A stretch of DNA of 64,000 nucleotides from Candidatus Nanoarchaeia archaeon (GTDB lineage Archaea > Nanobdellota > Nanobdellia > SCGC-AAA011-G17 > DATDVL01), in assembly GCA_035289925.1 (NCBI GenBank), contig DATDVR010000005.1, forward strand, positions 45,692 through 109,691, read 5' to 3'. Shown here one piece after another: positions 1 to 8,593 of the stretch. Position 1 is the stretch's first letter. Each line of letters begins with the position of its first letter. A program made the translations under genes and the position numbers. The notes below the pieces were generated by a model that had not been told where the DNA came from, ran no database searches, and worked only from the letters and a program-made list of their open reading frames with translations.

Positions 1-165
1 TTTTTCAGCACATGGTTTGACAGGGGTAAGACTAATCATGCCAGAAATAGTACTTTCTAACCCATTGCCGCTTAAATTTTGAAATAATTTTTTATCAAAA
101 GCAGAAACATCTGCAGGCTTGTAGCCAGAAGTTATATCCTTGTATTTACGGCTTTCTTCATCCAT
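1..165 (-). CDS. N-terminal part of an unidentified gene running off the left edge (MDEESRKYKDITSGYKPADV...)
   Basis: ATG at 165-163 with AGGTGG (rc of 171-176) 5 nt upstream. The frame is open to position 1. It is missing from the ORF track because it is truncated. Confidence 0.35.
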   Translation of the reverse strand, partial: MDEESRKYKDITSGYKPADVSAFDKKLFQNLSGNGLESTISGMISLTPVKPCAEK

Positions 166-303
166 CAAAACCACCTCAATTGTTTTTACTGTTCAGTCCC
201 TAAGCCGTTAAATTAACAATCAGCAATACTATATAAAACCTTCCTTGCCTCTGTGTACATATTAAAACACGTCTACAGCCTTTTTTGATAATTTAATCCA
301 AGT

Positions 304-522
304 TCAACATCGATCAAGTATTTCCAATATTTTTTTCTTAGATTTTAAGCCTGAAACGAAAAGAACTGGCTTTTTAAAATGCTTGGAAAGCAGTTTTATC
401 AACTCAATATTAGCCTCATTTTCTTTTGCCTTTGCATTCAGCTCAACATAAAAAACATTACCTTCATGACTTACTATCTTTGATTCTCTCTTGTTAGTCT
501 TGACTTTAACTTCAATTTTCAT
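304..522 (-). CDS. DUF167/YggU-like small protein
   Basis: The internal Met (MKIEVKVKTNKRESKI...NAKAKENEANIELIKLLSKHF..VSGLKSKKKIL) matches the DUF167 pattern (beta strands, then xxGxANxELIxxLS, then xxGxxSRxK). Its ATG overlaps the dphB stop in an ATGA arrangement at 519-522. The longer 304..660 ORF is probably a 5' over-extension. Confidence 0.6.
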   Translation of the reverse strand: MKIEVKVKTNKRESKIVSHEGNVFYVELNAKAKENEANIELIKLLSKHFKKPVLFVSGLKSKKKILEILDRC

Positions 523-1235
523 TTGTACAAATTCAATGCTTCCTCTTCCTTGAAATGCAAATTGCCTGGGATAATCAAGCATTGCGGAAATTTTTTCAAG
601 CTTAATTGAGAGGCCTTGCAGTACTTTATTTCTGGAGATGAAGAACCTAGAGCGGCACATCCTACAATCATTGAATCTTTCTTCAATCCTTTCTTGATTA
701 AATAAGAAACTGCTTCTGTAACCTTCATCAATCTATCTGGCTTAATATCAAGCAAGAATAAAGTATGTAAACCAAGCTTCTTGTTTTCCAAAAAATAACT
801 ATAAGGGCTGTCTAAATTTTCATTTTCAAAAGGTATTGAGATTGTTCTTCCAAACTTGTATAATTCCAAGCCTGTAATGCCTATTGCTGTCAGGACAGAA
901 GCATTGTTCACAATGTTGACTTTGACTTTTTTCTCTTTTGCTCTCAATAAGACATCTATATGGGTTGTTGCAGAAAAAACATCACCTACAATCAATAATG
1001 CAACATCTTCTTTTTTTGCCTCTTCTAAAATGGCATCCAGATGGTTTTCAACTTGAAGACGATGAGCTTCTATTATCTTCTTTCCATAGAATTTTTCAAG
1101 GTCTTTCAAAGAGCAGTTCAATTTTGAAGTGTATGTTTCTAAGTAAACTCTCCTGGATTTTTTGACCAACTCCAGACCTTTTACTGTTATGTCCTTCTCA
1201 TCATTTAATCCAATTCCGACTAAGTTTAATGCCAT
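519..1235 (-). CDS. dphB: diphthine synthase (tetrapyrrole-methylase fold)
   Basis: The N-terminus MALNLVGIGLNDEKDITVKGLELVKKSRRVYLETYTS and the overall length are typical of archaeal Dph5/DphB. Confidence 0.9.
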   Translation of the reverse strand: MALNLVGIGLNDEKDITVKGLELVKKSRRVYLETYTSKLNCSLKDLEKFYGKKIIEAHRLQVENHLDAILEEAKKEDVALLIVGDVFSATTHIDVLLRAKEKKVKVNIVNNASVLTAIGITGLELYKFGRTISIPFENENLDSPYSYFLENKKLGLHTLFLLDIKPDRLMKVTEAVSYLIKKGLKKDSMIVGCAALGSSSPEIKYCKASQLSLKKFPQCLIIPGNLHFKEEEALNLYK

Positions 1236-1268
1236 AATAAAAAATCATAATTTGGGATATATAAAAGT

Positions 1269-1733
1269 TTAGTATCTGAGAAAAATAGAGCCTGCTGAAA
1301 ATGCCAAAATATATGGATTGAAATCTGATGGCAAGATGAAAACCAAAGCAAATCCTAAAATAATGTAGAGCAAATTCAATAAAATTCCCATGGATAAAGC
1401 TCCAAAGCTTAAGCCATAAAGAAAGACAAGCGAAGATGAAAAAACTAAAAGGTCAAGATTGAAAACACTAGAAGCCAAAATTAAACCTAGATAAAAATAT
1501 CTCTTTCTGAATAAAAATGAAGATAAAAAACCTAAAGCAAAGAATATTAGAACAATGAAAGACAAGTCCAAGTAATAAACAAGCGATATTGCCAATACAA
1601 ATAACACCAAATACTGCAGATAAATCAAATATTTTTTATAATTATTAACTTCTTCAAATGCAATTTTCCTTAAAATTTTTCCAAAGAATATACCTGAGAA
1701 TGCTAAGATTGACACTGCAAGAAAATTAAGCAT
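1269..1733 (-). CDS. polytopic membrane protein, unknown function
   Basis: Several hydrophobic helices. Met-15 (ATG at 1733-1731) lies directly after the upstream stop, so I prefer it over the 1775 start. Confidence 0.5.
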   Translation of the reverse strand: MLNFLAVSILAFSGIFFGKILRKIAFEEVNNYKKYLIYLQYLVLFVLAISLVYYLDLSFIVLIFFALGFLSSFLFRKRYFYLGLILASSVFNLDLLVFSSSLVFLYGLSFGALSMGILLNLLYIILGFALVFILPSDFNPYILAFSAGSIFLRY

Positions 1734-1734
1734 G

Positions 1735-2106
1735 CTACATACCGCCGGATAAAATCGTTGAAATCCTGGTTTCAAACTCCAATCTTGTCAAAACTTTGTC
1801 GCATCCTGACTTTAGGGCCTTTTCCCTCAATGAAGTCTGTGCAGGAGACAAGTAACCTACAATAGTCAAGTCAGTAGTTCTTGAATCCTTTCTTGCCTGC
1901 TCGATAAATGCCAACGGATCAAAGTTTTTCAAGTTTAAATCTATCAACAGCATCTGAGGCTTACTTTTGAAATCCCTGAAAGCTTCTGCCTTGTTCCTCA
2001 TAAAAAAAACTTCTATGCCTAGATTTCTCGCTGTCTCTGATATTCTAGAAGACAATCCAAAATCCTGGACTGCTGCCAAAATAAGCTTGTTTTTCTGCAA
2101 AAGCAT
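1735..2106 (-). CDS. CheY-like receiver-domain protein (stand-alone)
   Basis: About 120 aa with an alternating beta/alpha pattern. LLIDLNL supplies an acidic residue at the phospho-acceptor-like position, and KSGCDKVLTR resembles the receiver C-terminus. Confidence 0.5.
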   Translation of the reverse strand: MLLQKNKLILAAVQDFGLSSRISETARNLGIEVFFMRNKAEAFRDFKSKPQMLLIDLNLKNFDPLAFIEQARKDSRTTDLTIVGYLSPAQTSLREKALKSGCDKVLTRLEFETRISTILSGGM

Positions 2107-2143
2107 ACTAAAATGAAGAATGAAGTTTATATAAAGTTTTTGA

Positions 2144-2470
2144 TTAATATTTTCTTAGATAGCGCTTTATTTTTTTAAAAGCCAAATAAACTTCTTTTTT
2201 TAGTTTAGATTTATTAACATTTGACTCCTCTGCTCCATTACTTATTACTTCTTCAAGACTTTTACCAATTTTTGAAGTTGATTTAATCTTGAAGGTATCC
2301 TCAATGGTAAATTCTTCAATAAGCTCCAAAGAACTTAATGCCCTAATAATATATCGCTTAATGTCTCTTGAATTTTTATTCTTTGAATATTTATCGTCAA
2401 TAAAACCCAAGAATTTTCTGCAGTTGCCTATATTGTATCTGGTAACTTGATCTAAAACTGAATCAACCAT
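2144..2470 (-). CDS. hypothetical protein
   Basis: ORF only, with a TATA-like ATTTATAAATA upstream. It lies just outside the proposed att repeat. Confidence 0.4.
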   Translation of the reverse strand: MVDSVLDQVTRYNIGNCRKFLGFIDDKYSKNKNSRDIKRYIIRALSSLELIEEFTIEDTFKIKSTSKIGKSLEEVISNGAEESNVNKSKLKKEVYLAFKKIKRYLRKY

Positions 2471-2503
2471 GCTAATTTAGACTGATTAGAGATTTATAAA
2501 TAT

Positions 2504-2516
2504 TACGCCGCGACTG
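2504..2516. repeat. distal att-like copy of the tRNA-Ser 3' end (TACGCCGCGACTG)
   Basis: A perfect 13-mer identical to 14002-14014. The match extends to 17 of 18 nt (2499-2516 vs 13997-14014). The core is GC-rich in an AT-rich background. Confidence 0.6.
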
Positions 2517-2597
2517 TTATCCAGTTGCTTTGTCCACAGCTTAAAATATCAATTAGTATTAAATATATAAGTAAGTTATTATTTAAATGTTTCTAAA

Positions 2598-2747
2598 ATG
2601 GTTAAATTACAAAAGACAAAAAATGGCAGCTATGTCATTTCAATACCTTTAGAGAAAGTCAAAAGAAAAGGCTGGCAGAAAGGTCAGGAATTTGATGTTG
2701 AGTTCAATGAGCATGGCAGCTTAGTGCTGGTGCCTATTATGTCTTAA
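2598..2747 (+). CDS. AbrB/SpoVT (MazE-like) swapped-hairpin DNA-binding protein, 49 aa
   Basis: Hand-translated as MVKLQKTKNGSYVISIPLEKVKRKGWQKGQEFDVEFNEHGSLVLVPIMS. The pattern (K..GnSy.vsIP.e....g...G.e..ve....g.lvl.P) is the classic AbrB-domain signature. It is below the ORF-track size cut-off. Confidence 0.55.
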   Translation: MVKLQKTKNGSYVISIPLEKVKRKGWQKGQEFDVEFNEHGSLVLVPIMS

Positions 2748-3498
2748 TTTTAAATTCATAGTTAAATTGTTTGAATTGGATTTCATCGGCTACATACCCT
2801 ATCTTACAAGAGAAAGAATCAACTCCTTCCGATAGTTTGTAAATTAATACTAAACTAGAATCGTCTAAAGTATCAAGTCTACCATATTCTACTTTAAGAT
2901 ATGATTTTGATATGTCTGCTGTTTTAAATTTGCCGCGTAGGGAATATGTTACATAAAAATTAACATCTTCACAATTTAAGCTCACTACTACATTGTTAAG
3001 CCTTTTACCTACTCCCTTTATTATTAGATGGCTCTGATAGTAAAGTCCATTATCTTCTAATTCTGCTGTTTTAAATTGTCCGCAGTCAGGATTTGAAAAA
3101 ATAACACATAAAGTTTTTATTACAATACCCTCTACACTAGAGTTAAATAGATTATGATATGAAAAAGATAGGTCTGCTTTTTCTTTTTCTATTTCAGCTT
3201 TATTTAAATCAACGCCTTCTTTTGTATATTTAAGGGCTTCTTCAGATACTTGCAAACTTTTATTTGATATTTCTATTCCTTGTTTCCCTAAAGTTACACT
3301 CCAATTACTTAAATTTAAAGAGGTCTTAGCTACGTCAATGTTTGTCTGACCCCAATAATTTGTTTGATAGATTATAAAAAACGTCGTAAGTAGGGTCAAT
3401 ATTGCAATAACTAATGCCCATCCTGCTATCTTAATTGCTTTTGCAGCTAATTTATTACCTTCTGCAGCAAAAGCTTCAGGCATTCCTATTTTTATCAC
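2737..3498 (-). CDS. membrane-anchored protein of unknown function (partner of the trypco2-like gene)
   Basis: N-terminal TM helix (WALVIAILTLLTTFFIIY). A 4-nt overlap with the upstream gene implies translational coupling. Confidence 0.5.
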   Translation of the reverse strand: MIKIGMPEAFAAEGNKLAAKAIKIAGWALVIAILTLLTTFFIIYQTNYWGQTNIDVAKTSLNLSNWSVTLGKQGIEISNKSLQVSEEALKYTKEGVDLNKAEIEKEKADLSFSYHNLFNSSVEGIVIKTLCVIFSNPDCGQFKTAELEDNGLYYQSHLIIKGVGKRLNNVVVSLNCEDVNFYVTYSLRGKFKTADISKSYLKVEYGRLDTLDDSSLVLIYKLSEGVDSFSCKIGYVADEIQFKQFNYEFKIKT

Positions 3499-3812
3499 TT
3501 CTTTTTCTTTGGTTTTTCATCAAGTTTTTTTAGTTCTTCGAATACTTTTTTTAATTGAGCCTGTGCTTTCTTTGGGTCTCCAACAGAAAAGCTAACTTCT
3601 TGTGTCTGTTGGCTGGAAGCTTCACCACCTAATTTTAGGACTTTAATATCTACCCCACCATCCCCTGATTGTTCTTGAACGACTTTTAACTTAAAATCTA
3701 TATTACTTACAAGTTCAAAACCTTTAGGTAAGGCATCTTGTAGTTGGTTTATTGTGTCTCTTACAAATACTTTAATTGGACTTCCAATATCGCTGATATT
3801 ATCATCTGGCAT
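3495..3812 (-). CDS. trypco2-like small protein (conflict-system-associated domain)
   Basis: The pattern IKVFVRDTINQLQDA...FELVSNIDFKLKVVQEQSGDGGVDIKVLKLGGEASSQQTQEVSFSV resembles the trypco2 signature as I remember it: a helix, two long strands, a G-rich turn, and a second strand pair ending in a T/H-x-V-x-L-type strand. Confidence 0.45.
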   Translation of the reverse strand: MPDDNISDIGSPIKVFVRDTINQLQDALPKGFELVSNIDFKLKVVQEQSGDGGVDIKVLKLGGEASSQQTQEVSFSVGDPKKAQAQLKKVFEELKKLDEKPKKKK

Positions 3813-3914
3813 TTCTTACTCCTCTGGCAATCACCAGTTCAATTACTAAGTAAAGAACCTTTATAAAATTTATCTTATCAAAAATATTAAAAAGGCTTAA
3901 AACTTTAAATTTTT

Positions 3915-4325
3915 ATGAATAATAACCTAAATGATAAAGTTAAACATCTGGAATTAATACAAAGCATAATAAATAGAATGGCTACTAACTCGTTTATTTT
4001 AAAAGGCTGGTCTGTGACCTTAGTTACTGGGATAATCATCCTTTCTTTAAATAATAGTATAAAGAATTTTATTTATTTAGGACTCGTTCCTACATTAATT
4101 TTTTGGGGATTGGATGCTTATTATTTGAAGCAGGAAAGATTATTTAGAAAATTGTATGATGGAGTAAGGTGTAACATGAAAGGGATAGAACCTTTTTCAT
4201 TAGATACGAGGTTATTTAATAATGGATTTAAAGCATGGCTTTGCTGTTTCTTTTCATTTACACTTCTCGCCTTACATTTTGCGATAGTTTTAATAATCTT
4301 AATAACTGGGGATTATCATGGCTAG
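3915..4325 (+). CDS. small multi-TM protein, possible SLATT/DUF4231-like membrane effector
   Basis: N-terminal amphipathic helix (LELIQSIINRMATNSF), two TM helices, a conserved-looking YYLKQERLFRKLYD helix, and further TM segments. It overlaps the TIR-like gene by 8 nt. Confidence 0.55.
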   Translation: MNNNLNDKVKHLELIQSIINRMATNSFILKGWSVTLVTGIIILSLNNSIKNFIYLGLVPTLIFWGLDAYYLKQERLFRKLYDGVRCNMKGIEPFSLDTRLFNNGFKAWLCCFFSFTLLALHFAIVLIILITGDYHG

Positions 4326-4794
4326 AAGGGTATTCTTTAGCTTTCATTATGAAAGAGATGTCTGGCGTGCTGGACAAGTCAGAAATAGCTGGGTTACACA
4401 GGATAGTGCAGGATTTATAGATTCTGCTTCGTGGGAAGAAGTAAAGAAAAAAGGAAATGATGCAATAAAAAAATGGATTGCGGATGAACTTGCTGGAACT
4501 TCAGTAACCATTGTCTTAATAGGTAAGGAAACATCAGATAGGGAATGGGTTATCCATGAAATAATAGAAAGCTATAACAAGGGCAATGGTTTGATTGGTA
4601 TTTATGTTCATAATTTAAAAGATAGTCAAGGGAATGCAGATATTAAAGGAAAAAATCCTTTTGAGAATGTATATATTGAAAAGGATGGTAGGAAAAGATT
4701 TTTTTCTGAGATATATCCTACTTATGATTGGGTTAATGACGATGGTTATAACAACATTGGTAAATGGGTAGAATCTGCAGCCCCAAAAGAATAA
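4318..4794 (+). CDS. TIR-like domain protein (DUF1863 / MTH538-type, ThsB-like)
   Basis: RRVFFSFHYERDVWRAGQVRNSW ... TIVLIGKETSDREWVIHEIIES ... GLIGIYVHNL matches the DUF1863 TIR-like pattern, including the WV..EI motif. Confidence 0.75.
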   Translation: MARRVFFSFHYERDVWRAGQVRNSWVTQDSAGFIDSASWEEVKKKGNDAIKKWIADELAGTSVTIVLIGKETSDREWVIHEIIESYNKGNGLIGIYVHNLKDSQGNADIKGKNPFENVYIEKDGRKRFFSEIYPTYDWVNDDGYNNIGKWVESAAPKE

Positions 4795-4795
4795 A

Positions 4796-5083
4796 ATGTC
4801 AAAGCTCGTCCTAATAATCCTGCTTATTCAGTCAATCATAACATTTTCTATTAGCCATTATTTAGATTCTAAGGATATTCCTTCTGATGAAGTAAGTGCT
4901 GCTGTTTATGCAGGTCAACAAGTAAATAATGCAGTAGGAAACTCTACAAATGATTCTACAGTTAGACAGATAACTGCTAATATTGGTAAGGGCTATAATA
5001 ATTTTAATTCAACTATGAAGCTAGTCTCATTAATAGAGTTCATTGTAATCATTATTTTATTAGTTATCTCTTTCTTTGTATAA
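4796..5083 (+). CDS. small bitopic membrane protein (N- and C-terminal hydrophobic helices)
   Basis: It starts 1 nt after the TIR-like stop. Hydrophobic N- and C-termini flank an N/S/T-rich middle. Confidence 0.5.
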   Translation: MSKLVLIILLIQSIITFSISHYLDSKDIPSDEVSAAVYAGQQVNNAVGNSTNDSTVRQITANIGKGYNNFNSTMKLVSLIEFIVIIILLVISFFV

Positions 5084-5138
5084 TACTAAGAGAAGCATAA
5101 AATTGTGCGAAGAGAGAAATAAAATATCTCATAATATG

Positions 5139-5402
5139 CTAAGAAGGCTCAAACTTGATTGTGTTGCCAATGAATGCAACCTTACTTATTAATTTGACTT
5201 CTCTACCATCTTTCAGTTTCTGCAAAAGCCCTTCCTGCTCTAATAAAGTTACATAATCAGCACACTTTGTATATGACAGTTTCAATTTTGAACTAAGCTC
5301 ATTTATGCTTAAAGTCTCTTTTTGAATTAGCTCTAAAATACTAAATCTGAGCTCATTAGACATAACCTTAACTTTCCTAAAAAGAGCTTTATTTTGTAAC
5401 AT
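5139..5402 (-). CDS. ArsR-like winged-helix transcription regulator
   Basis: RFSILELIQKETLSINELSSKLKLSYTKCADYVTLLEQEGLLQK is a typical wHTH. The start is trimmed to Met-58 (ATG 5402-5400), and Met-71 at 5363 is also possible. The longer ORF runs into the divergent promoter. Confidence 0.6.
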   Translation of the reverse strand: MLQNKALFRKVKVMSNELRFSILELIQKETLSINELSSKLKLSYTKCADYVTLLEQEGLLQKLKDGREVKLISKVAFIGNTIKFEPS

Positions 5403-5460
5403 TACACCATAAGTAGAGTAATATTTATATATTAAATAAATACACCATTTATGGTGTAAT

Positions 5461-7032
5461 ATGGGTAAAAAGGTGATAATTCTAATTTTATTATTGGTTA
5501 CTATATCTGCTTGTAGCAAAACAAATTTACAAGAAGTTAATAATAATTTAGAAAAAGAATTAGAAGAAGTCAAGAATGAAGCACCAACTCAGGATTATGA
5601 AGCTCCAGTTCAAAATTATGAAGAGAAATGTACTATAGAGTTCTTTCATTGTGAGGAGTTCACCATAAATCCCGATGGTACTGCGACTCTTATAATAAAA
5701 AATGAAATTGGAAAAACTTTGACTGACTTTACTTTAAGCCTTGAAAGTGTTGCTGGAACTTGTAGTCCCCTCTACTGGGCTGGAACCTACTGGTATGAAG
5801 ACACATGGTTAAAGTGCGATTTCATAGGATTAGAAACTGGATTAGGGAAGACTTATAATTTAGATATTAAGTTAACATATTCTGAAAGAGGGAAGAGTGA
5901 TAGGATATCTGAGTTTGGCAAGTTAAGTAAACAAATAAAATCTGATGAAGTAAAGAATGGTCAACTTAATGGGAAAATAGAAAATAGTCCTATAAGTAAT
6001 ATTGAAACAAATAAAAAGCCAGAAGTCTCATTTGAAATAAAAGTTGTAAATAATGGATTGTCAGCCCTCACGTTATTTGCTAACAGGAAGCTTTTACATT
6101 ATGGCAGCTATTTAATTTCTGAGCCATTAATAAAATTGAATATAGTTTCAGATGAAAAAAATAATATTAAAAATGCAGTATTAAACTTACAATTTAATGA
6201 CTTTTCAAATGTTGAAACAATTGAAGTTGGCGATATAACCAAAAAAATAAATGATTGCGAAGAAAATTGTAAACAGCCTCAATACCGCAACGGTTACTTA
6301 ATTTGTCTTAAAGATTTTCATTGTGATACTGTAGAAATTGATTGGAATCCAACAATGAAAGAGAATATTTTAGAAGTTAGGTCTGAGATAGTAGTTCCAA
6401 TAACTGCTATCTTAAGCTATGAAGATTCTGAAGGTAATGTTTACTCAGATAAAAAAGTTGTAAATTACCAGCTTCTTCCAGTTGATAAAGCCAAAAGATT
6501 TGGTGGCTCTGGCAAAGACATGGAACTTTACTATGGAATGTTTATTACTCCTTATGCTGTTGAAGATTTTGCAAAAAACAAAGTTTCTTTTTCAATAAAC
6601 AATAAAGAAGATGTCAATAATGCTGTTAGAAATATCTACAACTCTTTAAAAGAATCAGGAGTAAGTTATAGTACAGAAAGAAAAGAAGCAGACTTACAGT
6701 CACCAGCAATGACTTTAAGATTAAAACAAGGCAAGTGCGATGAATCTTCTTTATTGATTTCATCTTTATTAGAATCGTTAGGCATTAAGACTAAATTAAT
6801 TGCTTATACTCGTCCTAATGCCCTGATTGGGCATATGTTTATAGTTTATTATGATACAGAGAACTGGATTCCATTGGAAACAACAACCATCTCTACTAAC
6901 AGTTTTGAAGAATCTTTAGAAGTTGGCAAAATTAATTTAAAAGAATCTGAAAACGATAAATGGAGTTATGTTATAGATTTACGAGAAATATTGGCTAAAG
7001 GGATTACACCTCCTTATTCTAAGAAAGAATAA
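5461..7032 (+). CDS. lipoprotein with a pilin-head-like N-domain and a C-terminal transglutaminase-like Cys-protease core
   Basis: Lipobox (LLLVTISAC). The N-domain aligns with pilin 37779..38234 (F.C.eF.i..DGT.T.IIkN.IGK.L.D..L..ESV..TC......W....L.C.F.GL.TG). The C-terminus GKCDESSLLISSLLESLGI...IGHMFIVYYD...WIPLETT gives a C/H/D-E triad pattern. Confidence 0.7.
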   Translation: MGKKVIILILLLVTISACSKTNLQEVNNNLEKELEEVKNEAPTQDYEAPVQNYEEKCTIEFFHCEEFTINPDGTATLIIKNEIGKTLTDFTLSLESVAGTCSPLYWAGTYWYEDTWLKCDFIGLETGLGKTYNLDIKLTYSERGKSDRISEFGKLSKQIKSDEVKNGQLNGKIENSPISNIETNKKPEVSFEIKVVNNGLSALTLFANRKLLHYGSYLISEPLIKLNIVSDEKNNIKNAVLNLQFNDFSNVETIEVGDITKKINDCEENCKQPQYRNGYLICLKDFHCDTVEIDWNPTMKENILEVRSEIVVPITAILSYEDSEGNVYSDKKVVNYQLLPVDKAKRFGGSGKDMELYYGMFITPYAVEDFAKNKVSFSINNKEDVNNAVRNIYNSLKESGVSYSTERKEADLQSPAMTLRLKQGKCDESSLLISSLLESLGIKTKLIAYTRPNALIGHMFIVYYDTENWIPLETTTISTNSFEESLEVGKINLKESENDKWSYVIDLREILAKGITPPYSKKE

Positions 7033-7191
7033 TATATAATAAGAAAAGAGCAGACGAGAGAGAGAAATATAATATTAAGAATAACGAAGCAAATTCACGC
7101 ACACCCACAACCAACGCCAACAACAATAGATAAGTTATTATAATTAAAGTCTAGGCATAACTTACAGCTGGCTTAATAATGAAAAGGATAT

Positions 7192-8208
7192 TTAATATTT
7201 TATTACAGTATCTGGATATTTTTGATAACTAAAGGGATATGTTTTAAAAATTTCTTGATGATATATGTTCCTGCCCTTCATTTCAATTGTTTGGCAATCT
7301 CTATCTTTATGTAGGATATATTTTTTTATTTTTGAGTCTAATTCACCATATTTTCCTTCAAGTTTCTTTATTATTTGCTTTGTTTTATTATAATCCTCAC
7401 CATAATTGTTAAATCCCATTTTTTTAAATTCATTTAATAAATATTTTAAACTTTCTTCACCATAATAATCAATTATTTTTTTAACAAGATACTCTGATGT
7501 TTCATAAGCGAGATTATCCCATTGAATCTTTTCATCTAAAGAAAATGCCAGATTATTTAATTTTTCTTTTTCATAAGCCCATGCAGAGATACAATAAAGC
7601 TCATCTTGAGGATAAAGAATTCTCTTATTTTTTATTGTATCCGCTACATATTGTGCTATTCCTGCTTCTAACCATCTTGGTAGATAAAGGTCTTCAATAT
7701 AACTGTCGGTAATTCCATGAATAATTCTAACATCATCATAAGAAGTTTCTAATTTACCTTGAAGATAAATACCCCCATCTATGTAATAACTAAAGAATAT
7801 TCTTGCTTCAGGTAAAGAATAAGTTTTAGCTGCTTCACTAAAACCAATTATATAAAATTTATAGGTTGATTCTAGACCTGTAATGTCTGTTATTTTATTT
7901 AATTCTTTACAAGTATCCTGCAAATTAAAAGCCCAACTAGTATAAATTGATTTATAATCTTTTTTAGAAATTAAAAATTTATCGCATACTTCAATATATT
8001 CCTCCGTTATATTAAATTTTAGTGGTATCTTTTTTGTTATTTCTTCAGTTTTATTAGCGGATTCATTAAATTTATGTTTTAAATCAGTAGTATTTTCTAG
8101 AACTTTATTAATTATTTTATTATCCTTGATTTCATAATGATTATTGCATCCTGACATAAAAGTTAATAATAAAATAAGAAAAACAATAAAAAATATTTTA
8201 AAAGTCAT
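7192..8208 (-). CDS. lipoprotein, unknown function
   Basis: Signal plus lipobox (LLLTFMSGC). It has a WLEAGIAQYVA motif reminiscent of MA-clan peptidase-like proteins, but no HExxH. Confidence 0.5.
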   Translation of the reverse strand: MTFKIFFIVFLILLLTFMSGCNNHYEIKDNKIINKVLENTTDLKHKFNESANKTEEITKKIPLKFNITEEYIEVCDKFLISKKDYKSIYTSWAFNLQDTCKELNKITDITGLESTYKFYIIGFSEAAKTYSLPEARIFFSYYIDGGIYLQGKLETSYDDVRIIHGITDSYIEDLYLPRWLEAGIAQYVADTIKNKRILYPQDELYCISAWAYEKEKLNNLAFSLDEKIQWDNLAYETSEYLVKKIIDYYGEESLKYLLNEFKKMGFNNYGEDYNKTKQIIKKLEGKYGELDSKIKKYILHKDRDCQTIEMKGRNIYHQEIFKTYPFSYQKYPDTVIKY

Positions 8209-8211
8209 AGA

Positions 8212-8532
8212 CTATCTGTTTCTCCATTCAATCTGATGCTTTGTATGCAAACTAGGAACATTTCTATAAAACCATACTTTTATGGCAATTAAACCTACAA
8301 TAAAGAAAACTATTGAAAAAAACAGAACCCACATTCTAAATTCAGTTACATTATTTCCAAATAAATTATTATTAAAAAAAGCTCTAAGTAAAATAATTCC
8401 TATAAGGATTGAACCACCAGATGAAATTAAGGGATGTCTTCTGCAAAACCAGTTTAATTTTTTAAATAAAGAAGGTCTAAAATGCCTTTTATGAAATCGA
8501 TGTCTAAATCTTCTATTTCTATGCCTTCCCAT
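8212..8532 (-). CDS. small basic membrane protein
   Basis: Arg/His-rich N-terminus followed by two hydrophobic helices. It lies 3 nt upstream of the lipoprotein gene. Confidence 0.45.
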   Translation of the reverse strand: MGRHRNRRFRHRFHKRHFRPSLFKKLNWFCRRHPLISSGGSILIGIILLRAFFNNNLFGNNVTEFRMWVLFFSIVFFIVGLIAIKVWFYRNVPSLHTKHQIEWRNR

Positions 8533-8593
8533 AGAGAAATAACTAGCTTTTTGCTATATAATCTTTTCCATCTTGCTATTAATAACTAAAGAA

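Noticed and set aside
523-660. N-terminal 46-aa extension of the DUF167 ORF (track start at 660)
   Set aside because: The extension overlaps the dphB 3' end in another frame. The internal Met gives the family-typical N-terminus and an ATGA stop-start overlap.
7033-7190. C/A-rich spacer (CACGCACACCCACAACCAACGCCAACAACAA) as a possible ncRNA
   Set aside because: No stem-loops or known RNA motifs are recognisable. It is probably a convergent-gene terminator or spacer region.
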